Assembly (NCBI RefSeq): GCF_009914755.1
Contig: NC_060936.1
Strand: one strand, 5' to 3'
DNA length: 64,000 nt
DNA from: the human T2T-CHM13v2.0 reference genome, Homo sapiens
The notes under the pieces are model-generated. The model made no database searches. It was given only the letters and a program-made list of their open reading frames with translations, and was not told the DNA's origin. Below are positions 1 to 12,169 of the stretch, in pieces (position 1 is the stretch's first letter; the number at the start of each line of letters is the position of its first letter). Made by a program: the position numbers and the translations under genes.

Positions 1-34
1 ATGAAGAACCTTCTACCTGGAGTTAGGAGATTTG

Positions 35-200
35 CTGGGTTGAAGTCCTGGCTCTCAACTTCCCACCTGTGTGACTCCAGCAAAGCTCTTCACTTCTCAA
101 TTCCAAATCTCAATTTCCTCACTAGTGAAAGAAGGATACATAGTAGTAGTTGTATCCATTTCAGAATTGTCATCAGGATTGAAGTAACAGATGTGAAAAC
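35..200 (+). mobile_element. MIR SINE fragment (approximate)
   Basis: gggttgaagtcctggctct...ctgtgtgac...cttcacttctc...tttcctcactagtgaaa resembles the MIR core. Confidence 0.6.
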
Positions 201-1004
201 AAAACTAAAATTGTGAAGTAGTAACTTCCAGTCCAATCCTCTTCTTTGTAAGTGATCTTGAGGACAGACACATCACCTGAAGGATAGATCATCTTTGCCT
301 AGCCTTGTCTACAATGTTCTTGCTAGGTTTCTTTTCCTAAAAACACATTACTTAGGTACTTAACAGAACAAACAAACAAACAATCAAAAGACAAAACCAA
401 AAAACTTTGGGGTTATAGACACCCATACTCATAAGTATTTCTGAATACCAAGAGAAGAGTATTTAGGTTTGCTTCTCTCAACTTTTCACCTTTCATTTCA
501 TGTACCCTGTCCTTTGTCTCAGCTCTAATAGCTCTGAGAGCTGATTACTTTTCGGGTGTCCCAAGTATCAGGATCCTGCCTAGTGCAACTCAAATTTCCA
601 AAAGTTAATTTAGTGGCCTTTTGGTGACCAGAGCTTCAGATAACTCACAGGGAAACAATGTTTATTTCCTCTCCCACTAACAGTCACAAAAAATCATAAA
701 AAAGAGTAGCGGGGGCAGTTTTGATGGCTAACCCCTCTTTCCATCCTTTGGGGGAAAATTGCTCATCTCCCTATAGGTGGAACTCTAAAGACAATGTATT
801 CCTAAAAGGGGCCATCTGGGCGGTGTCCTCTTTTCCCAGCGCCCTGATTTCTATTCTTAGATCTGGAGATAGGCGGCTTTCATTTTTCCTGCTCCCAGTT
901 CCCAGACCTTCCGTGGGGCCGCAGGATCCCCGGCTGGCGGGTCGCGGAGGGTGGCCGGCCGGGCTGCGCACTGCGCGCCTCCGCTGCGGGGCTCCGGGCC
1001 TGTG

Positions 1005-1028
1005 GACTCAGCGGAGTCCGCTGAGTCA
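1005..1028. promoter_or_regulatory. Perfect palindrome GACTCAGCGGA-G-TCCGCTGAGTC containing an AP-1/ARE-type motif (TGACTCAGC on - strand, 1020-1028)
   Basis: 11-bp arms 1005-1015 and 1017-1027 are exact reverse complements. Factor binding is inferred from the motif only. Confidence 0.5.
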
Positions 1029-1452
1029 GTTTCTTCCCGCGCGACTCCCGGCCGCGCCGCCGCTGCGGTGGAATCTGGTCCCAGGAGGCGGCGTCCGCCC
1101 GGGGTCCGGTCTAGGCGTGCGTGGGGGCCACGGTCACGGTCATCCCAGCCAGGCCCGGCTCCAGCAGCCCCACGGCCGCCGCCAGAGTTCTGCGCGGCCC
1201 GTCGCCTCGGCGGAGCCTCTGGCAGGCCCCTGAGCTCGTTTTTGGGGCCTGAGTGGGGGAGGAGGAAGCCGAGCAGGAGGGCTCCGGAGAGGGAGGGCAA
1301 CGCGGGGCGGGGAGCTGCCTCCTTCCTCATAAACAGGCGGGCGTGGGCGCCGATGGGGCCCGCGGGGAGCGCTGGCTGCGGGCGGTGAGCTGAGCTCGCC
1401 CCCGGGGAGCTGTGGCCGGCGCCCCTGCCGGTTCCCTGAGCAGCGGACGTTC

Positions 1453-1497
1453 ATGCTGGGAGGGCGGCGGGTTGGAAGCAGGTGCCACCATGGCTAG
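1453..1497 (+). other. Upstream ORF overlapping the LRRK2 start, out of frame (MLGGRRVGSRCHHG*)
   Basis: ATG at 1453 in weak context (ttcATGc), TAG at 1495-1497; main ATG at 1490. Confidence 0.6.
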
Positions 1498-1640
1498 TGG
1501 CAGCTGTCAGGGGTGCGAAGAGGACGAGGAAACTCTGAAGAAGTTGATAGTCAGGCTGAACAATGTCCAGGAAGGAAAACAGATAGAAACGCTGGTCCAA
1601 ATCCTGGAGGATCTGCTGGTGTTCACGTACTCCGAGCACG
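1490..1640 (+). CDS. LRRK2: LRRK2 exon 1 coding part (aa 1-51)
   Basis: Perfect Kozak GCCACCATGG; MASGSCQGCEEDEETLKKLIVRLNNVQEGKQIETLVQILEDLLVFTYSEH; donor G|GTAATC. Confidence 0.99.
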
Positions 1641-1912
1641 GTAATCACTTGAAAATAAACTGTGCTTTTATTTTTGCAAACTTTCTCCCCCTCCTTACAT
1701 TTGCAAATTTTGTCCTCCTCCCCTTGACCCTGCTCAAACCCGGACTCTTAAGGAGCCGCAAACTCCCATATCCTTTCCTTAGGGCAGAAAGCAGCTGAGA
1801 ATTTCAGGAAGGTCTTCACCTTTTTGACTTTTCTCCCCGTTTCAGACTAAAAAGGAAAGGGGGTGCTGTGGATTGTGACTTTGCTTCTTTTCCCCACCCA
1901 CTTGTTTTCCAG

Positions 1913-1998
1913 CCTCCAAGTTATTTCAAGGCAAAAATATCCATGTGCCTCTGTTGATCGTCTTGGACTCCTATATGAGAGTCGCGAGTGTGCAGCAG
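1913..1998 (+). CDS. LRRK2: LRRK2 exon 2 (86 nt)
   Basis: ttttccag| ASKLFQGKNIHVPLLIVLDSYMRVASVQQ |gtaaag. Confidence 0.98.
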
Positions 1999-3529
1999 GT
2001 AAAGGCATTGTTTTCACTTCAACTCATTCTCCCTTCTGTTTGGAAGGAGACGTTTTACTGGCAATGTTAATATAGCCGAGAGTTCTTGGTTATTCCCGAA
2101 ATTTGGCTTGAGGAACCTCTGACTGTGATTTTAAGATGGGAATATTGTTAAATCATTACGCAATGTAAACGGGATGAAGAGCCCCAGTATGTGTTCCCTG
2201 AGTGTCTTTAAGAAGTAACTTTATAAAACCAACAGTATGGATGGTGGTAGAAGGAGGATAAAAATGGGTTCGGTTTTAGTCTCGTTATTGGCAAGATGAA
2301 TTCATTAGTGTTTAGACTTGACTATTCCAAGTATCTTCCCAATACAGAGCATGTCCTAGATGAGAAGATTATGAATAGTTTGGAAAAGGGGAATAATTAA
2401 TAGTGATAAAATGCAACTTTGTCACTAGCAAACTCTTGTAGAGTTCAGCACTTTTTAAAATTCAAAGATTTCTAGCCTTTAGTTGTAGTATACCTTGTAG
2501 TATCTAAAGAAAGTGATGTCTTATGAGACCCTCATAGTTTGCAACTGTTGTCATATAAAATGCATGTAGAAGTGAAACTTTTACAATCTGTACCATAGGA
2601 AACCCAGAAATTTGCTATGTATCTTGGATTTTTTTTTAAAGGGGGCCTTAAAAATGGTAATTAAGAATGATTTACAGTCAAAACAAAATTATAGGCCAAG
2701 GTGATAACTTCCTTCGGAGCACTTAGAGATTTGGGGAACTGAAATCAGTTTTGTCATCTGCATGTTAACTCATGCAGAGAAAGAGAATTGGACTTTGAAC
2801 TCCTTGGAGGTGCAGTCAGAAAGCCAATGTTTCTTAATGGTTGAGAGGCTTGACAGACATGAGGCATCTCAATCTTTAAAGTGGTGTGGGTCTATCTTTA
2901 TCTTGATGTTTATCTCTGTATCTAGCTGTATCTAGTCTGGGTGAACCATCTAGCTTCTTTGATATGAGGACATTTACATCTGGAAGAAATATTTTAATTT
3001 GTTTTCAACTGTGAAATATTTTCCATCTGACTATTATAGATTTTCACGCTGCTATCAAACCAAACCAAGAAAAGATGGAGGCATAATAAAGATGCTGTTC
3101 TTTTAAGACTCAAAGTCGGAATTTTGCCTGTGGAATATGAGTCACTTTTTGGGCACTGGCCTATTGTGCTTCCTGCTCTGCACCCACGTCATCCCTTCTT
3201 ACTTGTCTCTGCTTTGGTGTTCAGAAGTGCCTGATTCTGGCCACCTTCATTCCCTAGACTCTGTACTTGATAGAGTCACTCCTGCTTGATACTGCTCAGG
3301 ACAGTCAGATCCTGGGTAGGCGTTTTGGTCTGCAGGGTCTAGATAAGGCAGTGCTATACTTGACAACCCAGGGGAGCCTGGAACATACTTCCTAATTCTT
3401 AATTTTAGAAATTGCCCAAGCCTGAGCATACTTGTCCGGAGTAGTTATGAGTGTCACTTAGTATTTCTGCCTAGAGAGTACCAGAGGCAAAGTATGCTGG
3501 AAAATAAGGAAGAGTTTTTTTAAAAGTAA

Positions 3530-5170
3530 TTAATTACTTTTTTGGATATATCATAGTTGTATATATTTTGGGGATACATATGCTATTTGATACATGTATA
3601 CAATGTGTAATGTTCAAATCAGGGTAACTGGAATATCCGTCACCTCGAACATTTTTCTTTGTGTTGGCAACGTTGCAATTTCTTTCTTCTAGCTATTTTA
3701 AAATATGCAATGAATTATTAACCATAATTTCCCTGCTATACTATTAAATATTAACTTAATTGCTTGTATCTAATTATATTTTTGTACACATTAACCACCT
3801 TCTCTTTATCCCTCCCCATCCTTTCATTTCCAGTCTCTGGTAACCACCATTCTACTCTCTTCCTCCATGAGATCCACCTTTTCCGCTCCTACATATGAGT
3901 GAGATTATGCAATATTTTATTTCTGTACCTGGCTTATTTAATTTAACCTAATGACCTCCAGTCCCACCCATGCTGTTGCAAATGACAGGATTTCATTTTT
4001 TATGACTGAATAATATTCCATTGTGTATGTATACCACATTTTCTTTTATTTTTAGTTAAGTAATTAATTTAGAGACAGGGTCTCACTCTGTTGCCCAGAC
4101 TGGAGAGCAGTGGTGTGATCAAAGCTCACTGCAGGCCTGCAATCCTGGGCTGAAGTAGTCCTCCTGCCTCAGCCTCCCAGGTAGCTAGGACTATAAGCAT
4201 GTGCCACCATGCTCAGCTAATTTTTTTTTCTTTTTTTACTTTTTGTAGAGATGGAGTCTTGCTATGTTGCCCAGGTTAGTTTCAAACTCCTGACCTCAAG
4301 TAATCCTCCTGCCTCGGCCTCCATATTTTCTTTGTTAATCTGTTGATAGACATATAAGGTGATTCTGTATTTTAACTATTGTGAACAGGGCTGCAATAAA
4401 CATGGGAGTTCAGATATATCTTTGATATACTGATGTTCTTTTTTTGGATATATACCCAGTGATGAGATTACTGGATCATATGAAAATTCTCTTTTTAGTT
4501 TTTTAAGATACCTCCATACTGTGTTTCATCATGGCTGTGCTACTTTATATTCCCATCAGCAGTGTACCACCATTCCCCTTTTTCTGCATCCTTACCAGCA
4601 TTTGTTATTTTTTGTCTTTTTGATAATAGCCATTCTGCCTGTGGTGAGATAATATCTCATTATGGTTTTGATTTGCCTCTCCCTAATGATTAGTGAAGTT
4701 TAGGATTTTTTTTTCATGTACCTGTTAGCCATTTGTCTGTCTTCTTTTGAGAAATGTCTATTTGGATCTTTTGTCCATTTAAAAATAAGACTTTTTTTTT
4801 TTTTTTTTTTTTTTGCTAATTGAGTTTTTTTAGTTCCTTATGTATTCTGGTTGTTAATCTTTTGTTGAATGGATATTTTGCAAATATTTTCTCCCTTTCT
4901 TTATGTTGTCTCTTCACTTTGTTAATTATTTTCTTTGTTGTGCAGAAGCTTTTTAGCTTGATATAATCCCATTTGCCTATTTTTGTTGTAATTGCCTGTG
5001 CTTTTGAGGTCCTACCCCAAAAATCATTGCACAGACCAATGTCCTGTAGCATTTCCCCAGTGTTTTCTTCTAGTAGTTGCATATTTTCAGGTCTGAGATG
5101 TAAGTCTTTAATCCATTTTGAAATGATTTGTGTATATGGTGAAAGCTGTGGATCTAGTTTCCTTCTTTTG
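3530..5170 (-). mobile_element. Old L1 (L1MA-like) 3' portion, interrupted by an Alu
   Basis: ORF 4816-5193(-) translates as L1 ORF2p C-terminus ([29 protein letters not shown]); L1 3'UTR-like sequence toward 3530. Confidence 0.9.
4050..4322 (-). mobile_element. Alu (AluJ-like) inserted in L1
   Basis: gagacagggtctcactctgttgccc...cctgcctcggcctcc; flanks ccacattttcttt / ccatattttcttt. Confidence 0.9.
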
Positions 5171-7570
5171 CACAGCCAATATTTGATTCTCACTGAAATC
5201 TCACTGCCCTCCTGGAAATATTACCGGATGTTTTACTGTCATAGCGAAGTGAGAGTAAGCTGCTCACTGAGGATCAAAGAGCTTGTGACAGACCTAAGAC
5301 TCAAGTCTTCTCACACCTTCAAAATCTCTTTCCATCATACAATCTATTAGCTGCTGAATTCGCAAGCTTTTTGTGCAAGCTAGTAAAAAGCAAAATGGTT
5401 TGATACAAATACTGTGGCCATGCTAGGTACAATGACATCAATTTAAATTATCATTGGTCTTAACAAGGGGATGTAGAAAGGGGTCTCCTACTGACATTTT
5501 AATACTCACTTAAAAGTAGTATTTTTCCTTCAGATTTCTTTATATTATTAGTATAATTACTGTAAGTATCCTTTACTGCTTTATATGTTGAATTAGCTGG
5601 AAGTGCCAAAAGAAAAACTCTTAATGATAAATTTAAGGTATTAAGGTAAATTTCTCCTTCATTTAATTTAATAGTAATTCTTAATTACTATTTAAAATAA
5701 AGATTAAGGTTTGTTTCTAGATGCCATTTAACATGATATTCCAGACTGCCAGTTTTATTTTCAAAGTTTGTTTCATATTTTATTAATGTTTCTTCATAAA
5801 TGACAGTCTTTAGAAAATTGACGGTTAAGCTAGGTGCTTTATATTTTTCTTTTCCTGCCTATCATTTCACTGTGCTCCTAAATTTTACATCTCTTTATTC
5901 TCAAGGGTTCAACCTTTGAAGAAGGGGAGCAAAATAAATGAAAGTGGCTAAAATTTTTTCTTTAACCCCTAGACTCTTTCCTGTTGTGCATTAATTACAT
6001 GCTTGAGTTTTTAGAATAATTATAATAAAGTAAAACTACCAATTTAATTGTATTGTAACTGTGCAAGATGGGAACCTTCTCTCTTAGAGAGATAAGCTTT
6101 TAATTGAATAGATTAATGGATCAATTGTTACCTCTGCTTTGCTGCCAGAGATTCTATTTAATCACAGAAGTTCCATGTAGTGCTGGAGAGCTCAGTTGCC
6201 TGAATCTTTTTGCAAAGCGTTTACTGATACTGTTGCTTCACCAACCAAAACAAACAGGTTTTTTCCTTGAGTCAGCTTTGTAGGTATAGAGATGAGTTTG
6301 GCATCCTATGTGACTTTTTTTTTTTTTTTTTTTTTTTTTTTACCACCAGAAGCTGTTCAGAATGTTATTTTCTTAAATAGTTCGGAAAAAAGTCTTGATG
6401 TATTCTATGAAAGCACAAAAATAGTCAGTTTCTATGACAGCTGGATTGTCAACGTCTGTTCAGCTTACGTGGAGGAGGATGTCCTACTTGAGTAGTATAG
6501 GTAGAAATAGCTATCAGAAATTGCCGCCTTTGAAAGCAATTTGAAATTATGTAAAAGGAAGTAATGACAAAATAAAGCAATTTATGTTTAATCTGGAAAA
6601 GATCCAAAAGTAATATTGTAAAGAGATCTTGAGTAATCATTTTTATCTTCCTAAAATAGCCGTTGTTTACTCCCGTAAGCGAGTAAGAAACTTGTGCCAT
6701 TATTCCTTATTGGGTGCATATAGATTTCTCACCTTGTCATTCAACTCCTTGCAATATTCAACTTTACTTATGCATCCAGCCTTATCCCAAAATAGCCTCT
6801 TCCCTGTAGCAGCTTCCTTATCATGTAGCAGCCTACTCTCCTCACCGCTCATCCGTTCTTATACAATCTGGCTTAAGCTCTACCTCTTCATATTATATTC
6901 TTCTCTGAGTAATTTCAACTCACACTGAGTCTTACTTTCAGTATTTCTATTATATTGGTATTTATTACACATCACACTTAGATACTTTTCCATTAGTCTC
7001 TAGAGGGTACATATATGCACTTTCTCTTTTTTTTTTTTTTTTTGACCATGTCAAGTATAGTTCTATAGTATAATAGAATGAATTGGAGATCCTTTACATT
7101 TAGAGAGGGAGGAGTCTACAGTAGGAAGAATAGGTTAATTTTCATCTCCGGTTTGAAATCAGGACTTTCAATTTTTTTTTCAGAGGTAAAGAGCAACTTA
7201 GTCAAGTTGGCATCTTGTAAACAGACTGAGTGAAGATATACTTAAAATGCATCTATAATTTCATATTTTATTTCGAAATGTGAAAGAGCCTACTAGGGGT
7301 GTCTGTGATCTCTAGACCTTATCAATTCATTCTAGAGAAATCTGGAGGGAGCCATTGAGGAGTTCTACCTCCTGTCTATTTTATAGAGCTCTTTCTCTTT
7401 TTCTCCTATCAGATGTAGATTCAATTGCTAAAAATGCCACGTTTCTTGCCTCTATTATTCTAGCTTCATTACTTGGGGAGCAGCCATTCTGATAACTTAC
7501 ATTTTGCTACTAAAATCTCCAACTTCACCTAATCCTTCATTATAAGCCACTTCATTTTTTCCTATAATTA

Positions 7571-7965
<395 letters not shown>

Positions 7966-8146
7966 GTACTAAGGATCTGGTATAGCCATTCTTGCACTTA
8001 ATAATCTTGGTACAACCTCTAAAACTATTTTTTATAGTTTATTTTATTTTGCCTTATTTAGACAATTGGCATGTCTATGTTCTTCATAATTTAGAAATTA
8101 TATGTATTTATATATATAAATTATATATATTATATATTATGTATAA

Positions 8147-8428
<282 letters not shown>

Positions 8429-8633
8429 TGATTTTTGGAGAAAGGTGTATCCTAAGAATACGGCTTGCTTTTGTTTCTGGGTAAGCATTTTAGGGTATCA
8501 TTTTGTTGTATAACCATTGTTTACAAGTGAGATAAGCATCTATTCCACTAAGATTGAAGAGATTCATGTTTGACTGAGTATGCTCTATTAACATTCTTTA
8601 AAACATGTGAATATATGTCTTTCTTGTTTTCAG

Positions 8634-8743
8634 GTGGGTTGGTCACTTCTGTGCAAATTAATAGAAGTCTGTCCAGGTACAATGCAAAGCTTAATGGGAC
8701 CCCAGGATGTTGGAAATGATTGGGAAGTCCTTGGTGTTCACCA
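8634..8743 (+). CDS. LRRK2: LRRK2 exon 3 (110 nt)
   Basis: ttttcag| VGWSLLCKLIEVCPGTMQSLMGPQDVGNDWEVLGVH |gtaagt. Confidence 0.98.
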
Positions 8744-9445
8744 GTAAGTATGATAGATATGTAAAACAAATGGCCTTGAGTATTTATCTGTACACATGAC
8801 AACCTTCCCTTGATACACTGTGTTTGCAATCCAAGGCTACTCTTGTGGAATTCTTTAAAATACAGATATTTTTCCTTGAGTCAATGATTTACATTTATAG
8901 AGAGCTTTAAACTCAGAAGTTTGATTTAGAAAGCAAACATTTAAGGTAACATGTCAGAAGTTATTATTTTAATAATATAATCATATAATTATAAAACTGG
9001 TTAAGTTGTAGATTTTTGATGAGTACTTTTGAATTCAAACCATGAAGAGATTTTGGCTTTTAATAATAGAATCGATACAAACCACTAGTTCTTAAAAAAA
9101 TGGGAACTGAGAAAAGTTAGTTCTGTAAGTAGTAATTTGAAAGTTGATGTTCTACTGTCTTTAAATAGTACATTTATATATATATTCCTATATATACAGT
9201 AAGTTTAAACTATGGCTTTCAGAAAGAGTTAAGAAAGAGGAAATTACCTTTCAGCACATCTGTAGCCAAATCTTGATAGTAATTTTACCAGCTATGTTTT
9301 TGCAGTTTGCAGCATAATGGCTTCTTAGATGAGACTACTTCCTTAGCCATCATTAATTAAGAAAATATTTTCTCAAGAAGAATGTGTTTCCAGGAAAATA
9401 CATTTTGGATAGCTTTGTTTCTTGACAGTTAAAAAATATCTTCTA

Positions 9446-9597
9446 AGCTACTGAGGAGGCTGAGGAAGGAGAATCACTTGAACCTGGGAGGCGGAGGTTG
9501 CAGTGAGCGGAGGTTGCAGTGAGCCGAGATTGCACCACTGCACTCCAGCCTGGGTGACAGAGCGACACTCTGTCTCAAAAACAAACAAACAAACAAA
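9446..9597 (+). mobile_element. Alu right arm with an internal 16-bp tandem duplication and (AAAC)n tail
   Basis: GCGGAGGTTGCAGTGA twice, at 9491-9506 and 9507-9522. Confidence 0.9.
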
Positions 9598-10729
9598 CCT
9601 TTTGTCATTAACTTTAAATCTTTTTTATACCTAATATGACTTTTCTTTATCACAGAAAAGGAAATTGTGAATATTTTTTGGCTTCCAATGGTATATGGTT
9701 TATGAAAATTTAATTTATGAAAAATTTTCAGGTGTTTGTATTGCTGATCAGTGTCAAGTAGTGCTATAAATTTAGACAAATTAGAGCTATGTGTTTGTCC
9801 ATAAGTGAACATGTCTGTGCTTATACATTTTCCCCTCTTTGACAAATGTGTTGCTCTTCTTGTTTTCAGTACATAAAGGGTGTGTTTTGGAAAGAGCATA
9901 TTTACAATTAATTGGAGTTCTCGTCTTCAATCTAATCTCTGTAATTCTATGTATCAGTTCTAAAGTATACAGCATTTGATGAGGAATTACTCAAAATATA
10001 CCAGTAATTAGGAATTGTAACTTTAAATGTCCCTTGGTTTGGGTGATAATTTCCAGGAAGTCCAAAGATGAGCCAGTCTATAACCTCAGGGAGTGTTTGG
10101 GAAACTCATCTAGTCATATTCCTGTACAAACCAACTGTTCAAATTAAATTACATAAAAGTTTATGTAGGAAATTTCATTCACTCACTCACTTACTCATTC
10201 ACTCACTTTGTTCATCCAGTCATTCATCTTCTATTCATTGAATGTTTTTGAAGCCTGTCCTCTGGGTCAGAAACCATGCAGTTGTGAAGAAGATAGACAC
10301 ACTGCTGTCTCCAGTGGAGTGTATTAGATCACTCCCAGCAAAAATTGATTGTAAAACAGATTTCTCTTTTTTCAAGGCCTTTTCCCTCCAAAGACTTACC
10401 AGTACTGAAGAAAAATTTCTTCCGTGGTGATAAAGTCAGGAATTGTGGGAATGGTATAGGGAGAGGTAGGGGCAGGGTGATTAGGAGGAAGGCTGGCAGA
10501 GAATCGAAGACTGGCTTCATTCAGGTCCTCCAATTGCCAAATGGAGATTATGCAACGTTTCTTGAATACATACAAAACTCTAGATGTGGCCAGCTCAGTC
10601 TTCTTCCAATAATGTAAAGCCAAACAATGCTTTGCAGGAATAGACTAGAGATTATATTTTGGGATTAATAACATAGGGATTAAAATCTTATCTTGAACTA
10701 ACTAAACATTATTGATATGCTAAATTCAC

Positions 10730-11035
<306 letters not shown>

Positions 11036-11548
11036 CACTACTTTTTAATATATCATTAATTTCTCTTTTAAAAACAGTAGCAATCAATAATTTAAATATT
11101 CAAATGAATTCTTAATTTATATACACAAACTAACATCTTTATTATATCTCTATATTTTAATATATCAACATGTCTAAGATAATTTATAAATTTACATCAT
11201 ATATAAAAATGGGTTTGCTCTCGATGTATATAAGGCTTCATGATATTTTGAATATGGAGTTGGGTGAAAATAGTGAATCTGAATATTTGAATTTGAATAT
11301 TTATTGGAAAATAAGTAGTGCTTTTAACTTTTTAAATGAGACACATAATAGTCCCCTGTTGATTTTTTTTTATTTTTTTAACTTTATTAAAGTATAGTTG
11401 ACAATTAAAAATTGTTTATATTTAAGGTATACAATTGATGATTTGACATGTGTACATTGTGAATTATTCACCACAATCAAGCTAATTAACATTCCCTGTT
11501 AGTTTTTATAAGCCTGGTTCAGGTTTGTAGAAAGAAACAAACACACAT

Positions 11549-11838
11549 GGCCAGGCACGGTGGCTCACACCTATAATCCCAGACTTTGGGAGGCCAAGGC
11601 AGGAGGATCACTTGAACCCAGAAGTTTAGACCAGCCTAGGCAAAATAGCAAACCCTGTCTCTCCAAAAAAGAATGAAAAAATTAGCCTGGTGTGGTGGCA
11701 TGTACCTGTATCCCTAGCAACTCAGGAGGCTGAGGCAGGAGGATTGCTCACTTGAGCCCAGGAGTTTGAGGTTTCAGTGAGCTATGATTGCACCATTGCA
11801 TTCCAGCCTGGGTGACACAGCAAGACCCTGTCTCTAAA
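11549..11838 (+). mobile_element. Alu (AluJ-like)
   Basis: ggccaggcacggtggctcacacc...gcaagaccctgtctc. Confidence 0.92.
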
Positions 11839-11984
11839 AGCAGGCAACAAAAACACATGAGCTTCACTACAGGGAATTAAATACAATGAGAGTAATAAAA
11901 AATAGGTGAGCAAAAAAAATGCAAATAAGCAAACTTTTGAGTATGATATTTCATTCTTATCTTGATTTCTGTTTTTAACTCCAG

Positions 11985-12073
11985 ATTGATTCTTAAAATG
12001 CTAACAGTTCATAATGCCAGTGTAAACTTGTCAGTGATTGGACTGAAGACCTTAGATCTCCTCCTAACTTCAG
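11985..12073 (+). CDS. LRRK2: LRRK2 exon 4 (89 nt)
   Basis: ctccag| LILKMLTVHNASVNLSVIGLKTLDLLLTS |gtaata. Confidence 0.98.
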
Positions 12074-12138
12074 GTAATATGTGTATATGTTTTTTGTGTT
12101 GATTCAAATTAAAAAAAAAGTTGATACCATTAAGTAAA

Positions 12139-12169
<31 letters not shown>

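Larger units (their letters stand above)
915..1530. promoter_or_regulatory. LRRK2: CpG island / LRRK2 promoter and 5' UTR
   Basis: Abrupt GC- and CpG-rich block in AT-rich DNA just upstream of the ATG. GC box GGGGCGGGG at 1304-1312, TATA-like CATAAA at 1328-1333, GAGGAAG ETS-like site at 1262-1268. Confidence 0.9.

Noticed and set aside
1-1350. Divergent lncRNA from the LRRK2 CpG island
   Set aside because: Plausible for a CpG-island promoter, but its exons or TSS cannot be defined from the sequence alone.
721-1454. Overlapping 100-170 aa ORFs on both strands in the promoter
   Set aside because: Expected from stop-codon scarcity in a CpG island; low-complexity P/G/R/A translations with no recognisable domain.
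1412-1489. N-terminally extended LRRK2 from the GTG at 1412 shown in the ORF track
   Set aside because: In frame, but a near-cognate start with no supporting evidence; the ATG at 1490 has perfect Kozak context and matches the known N-terminus.
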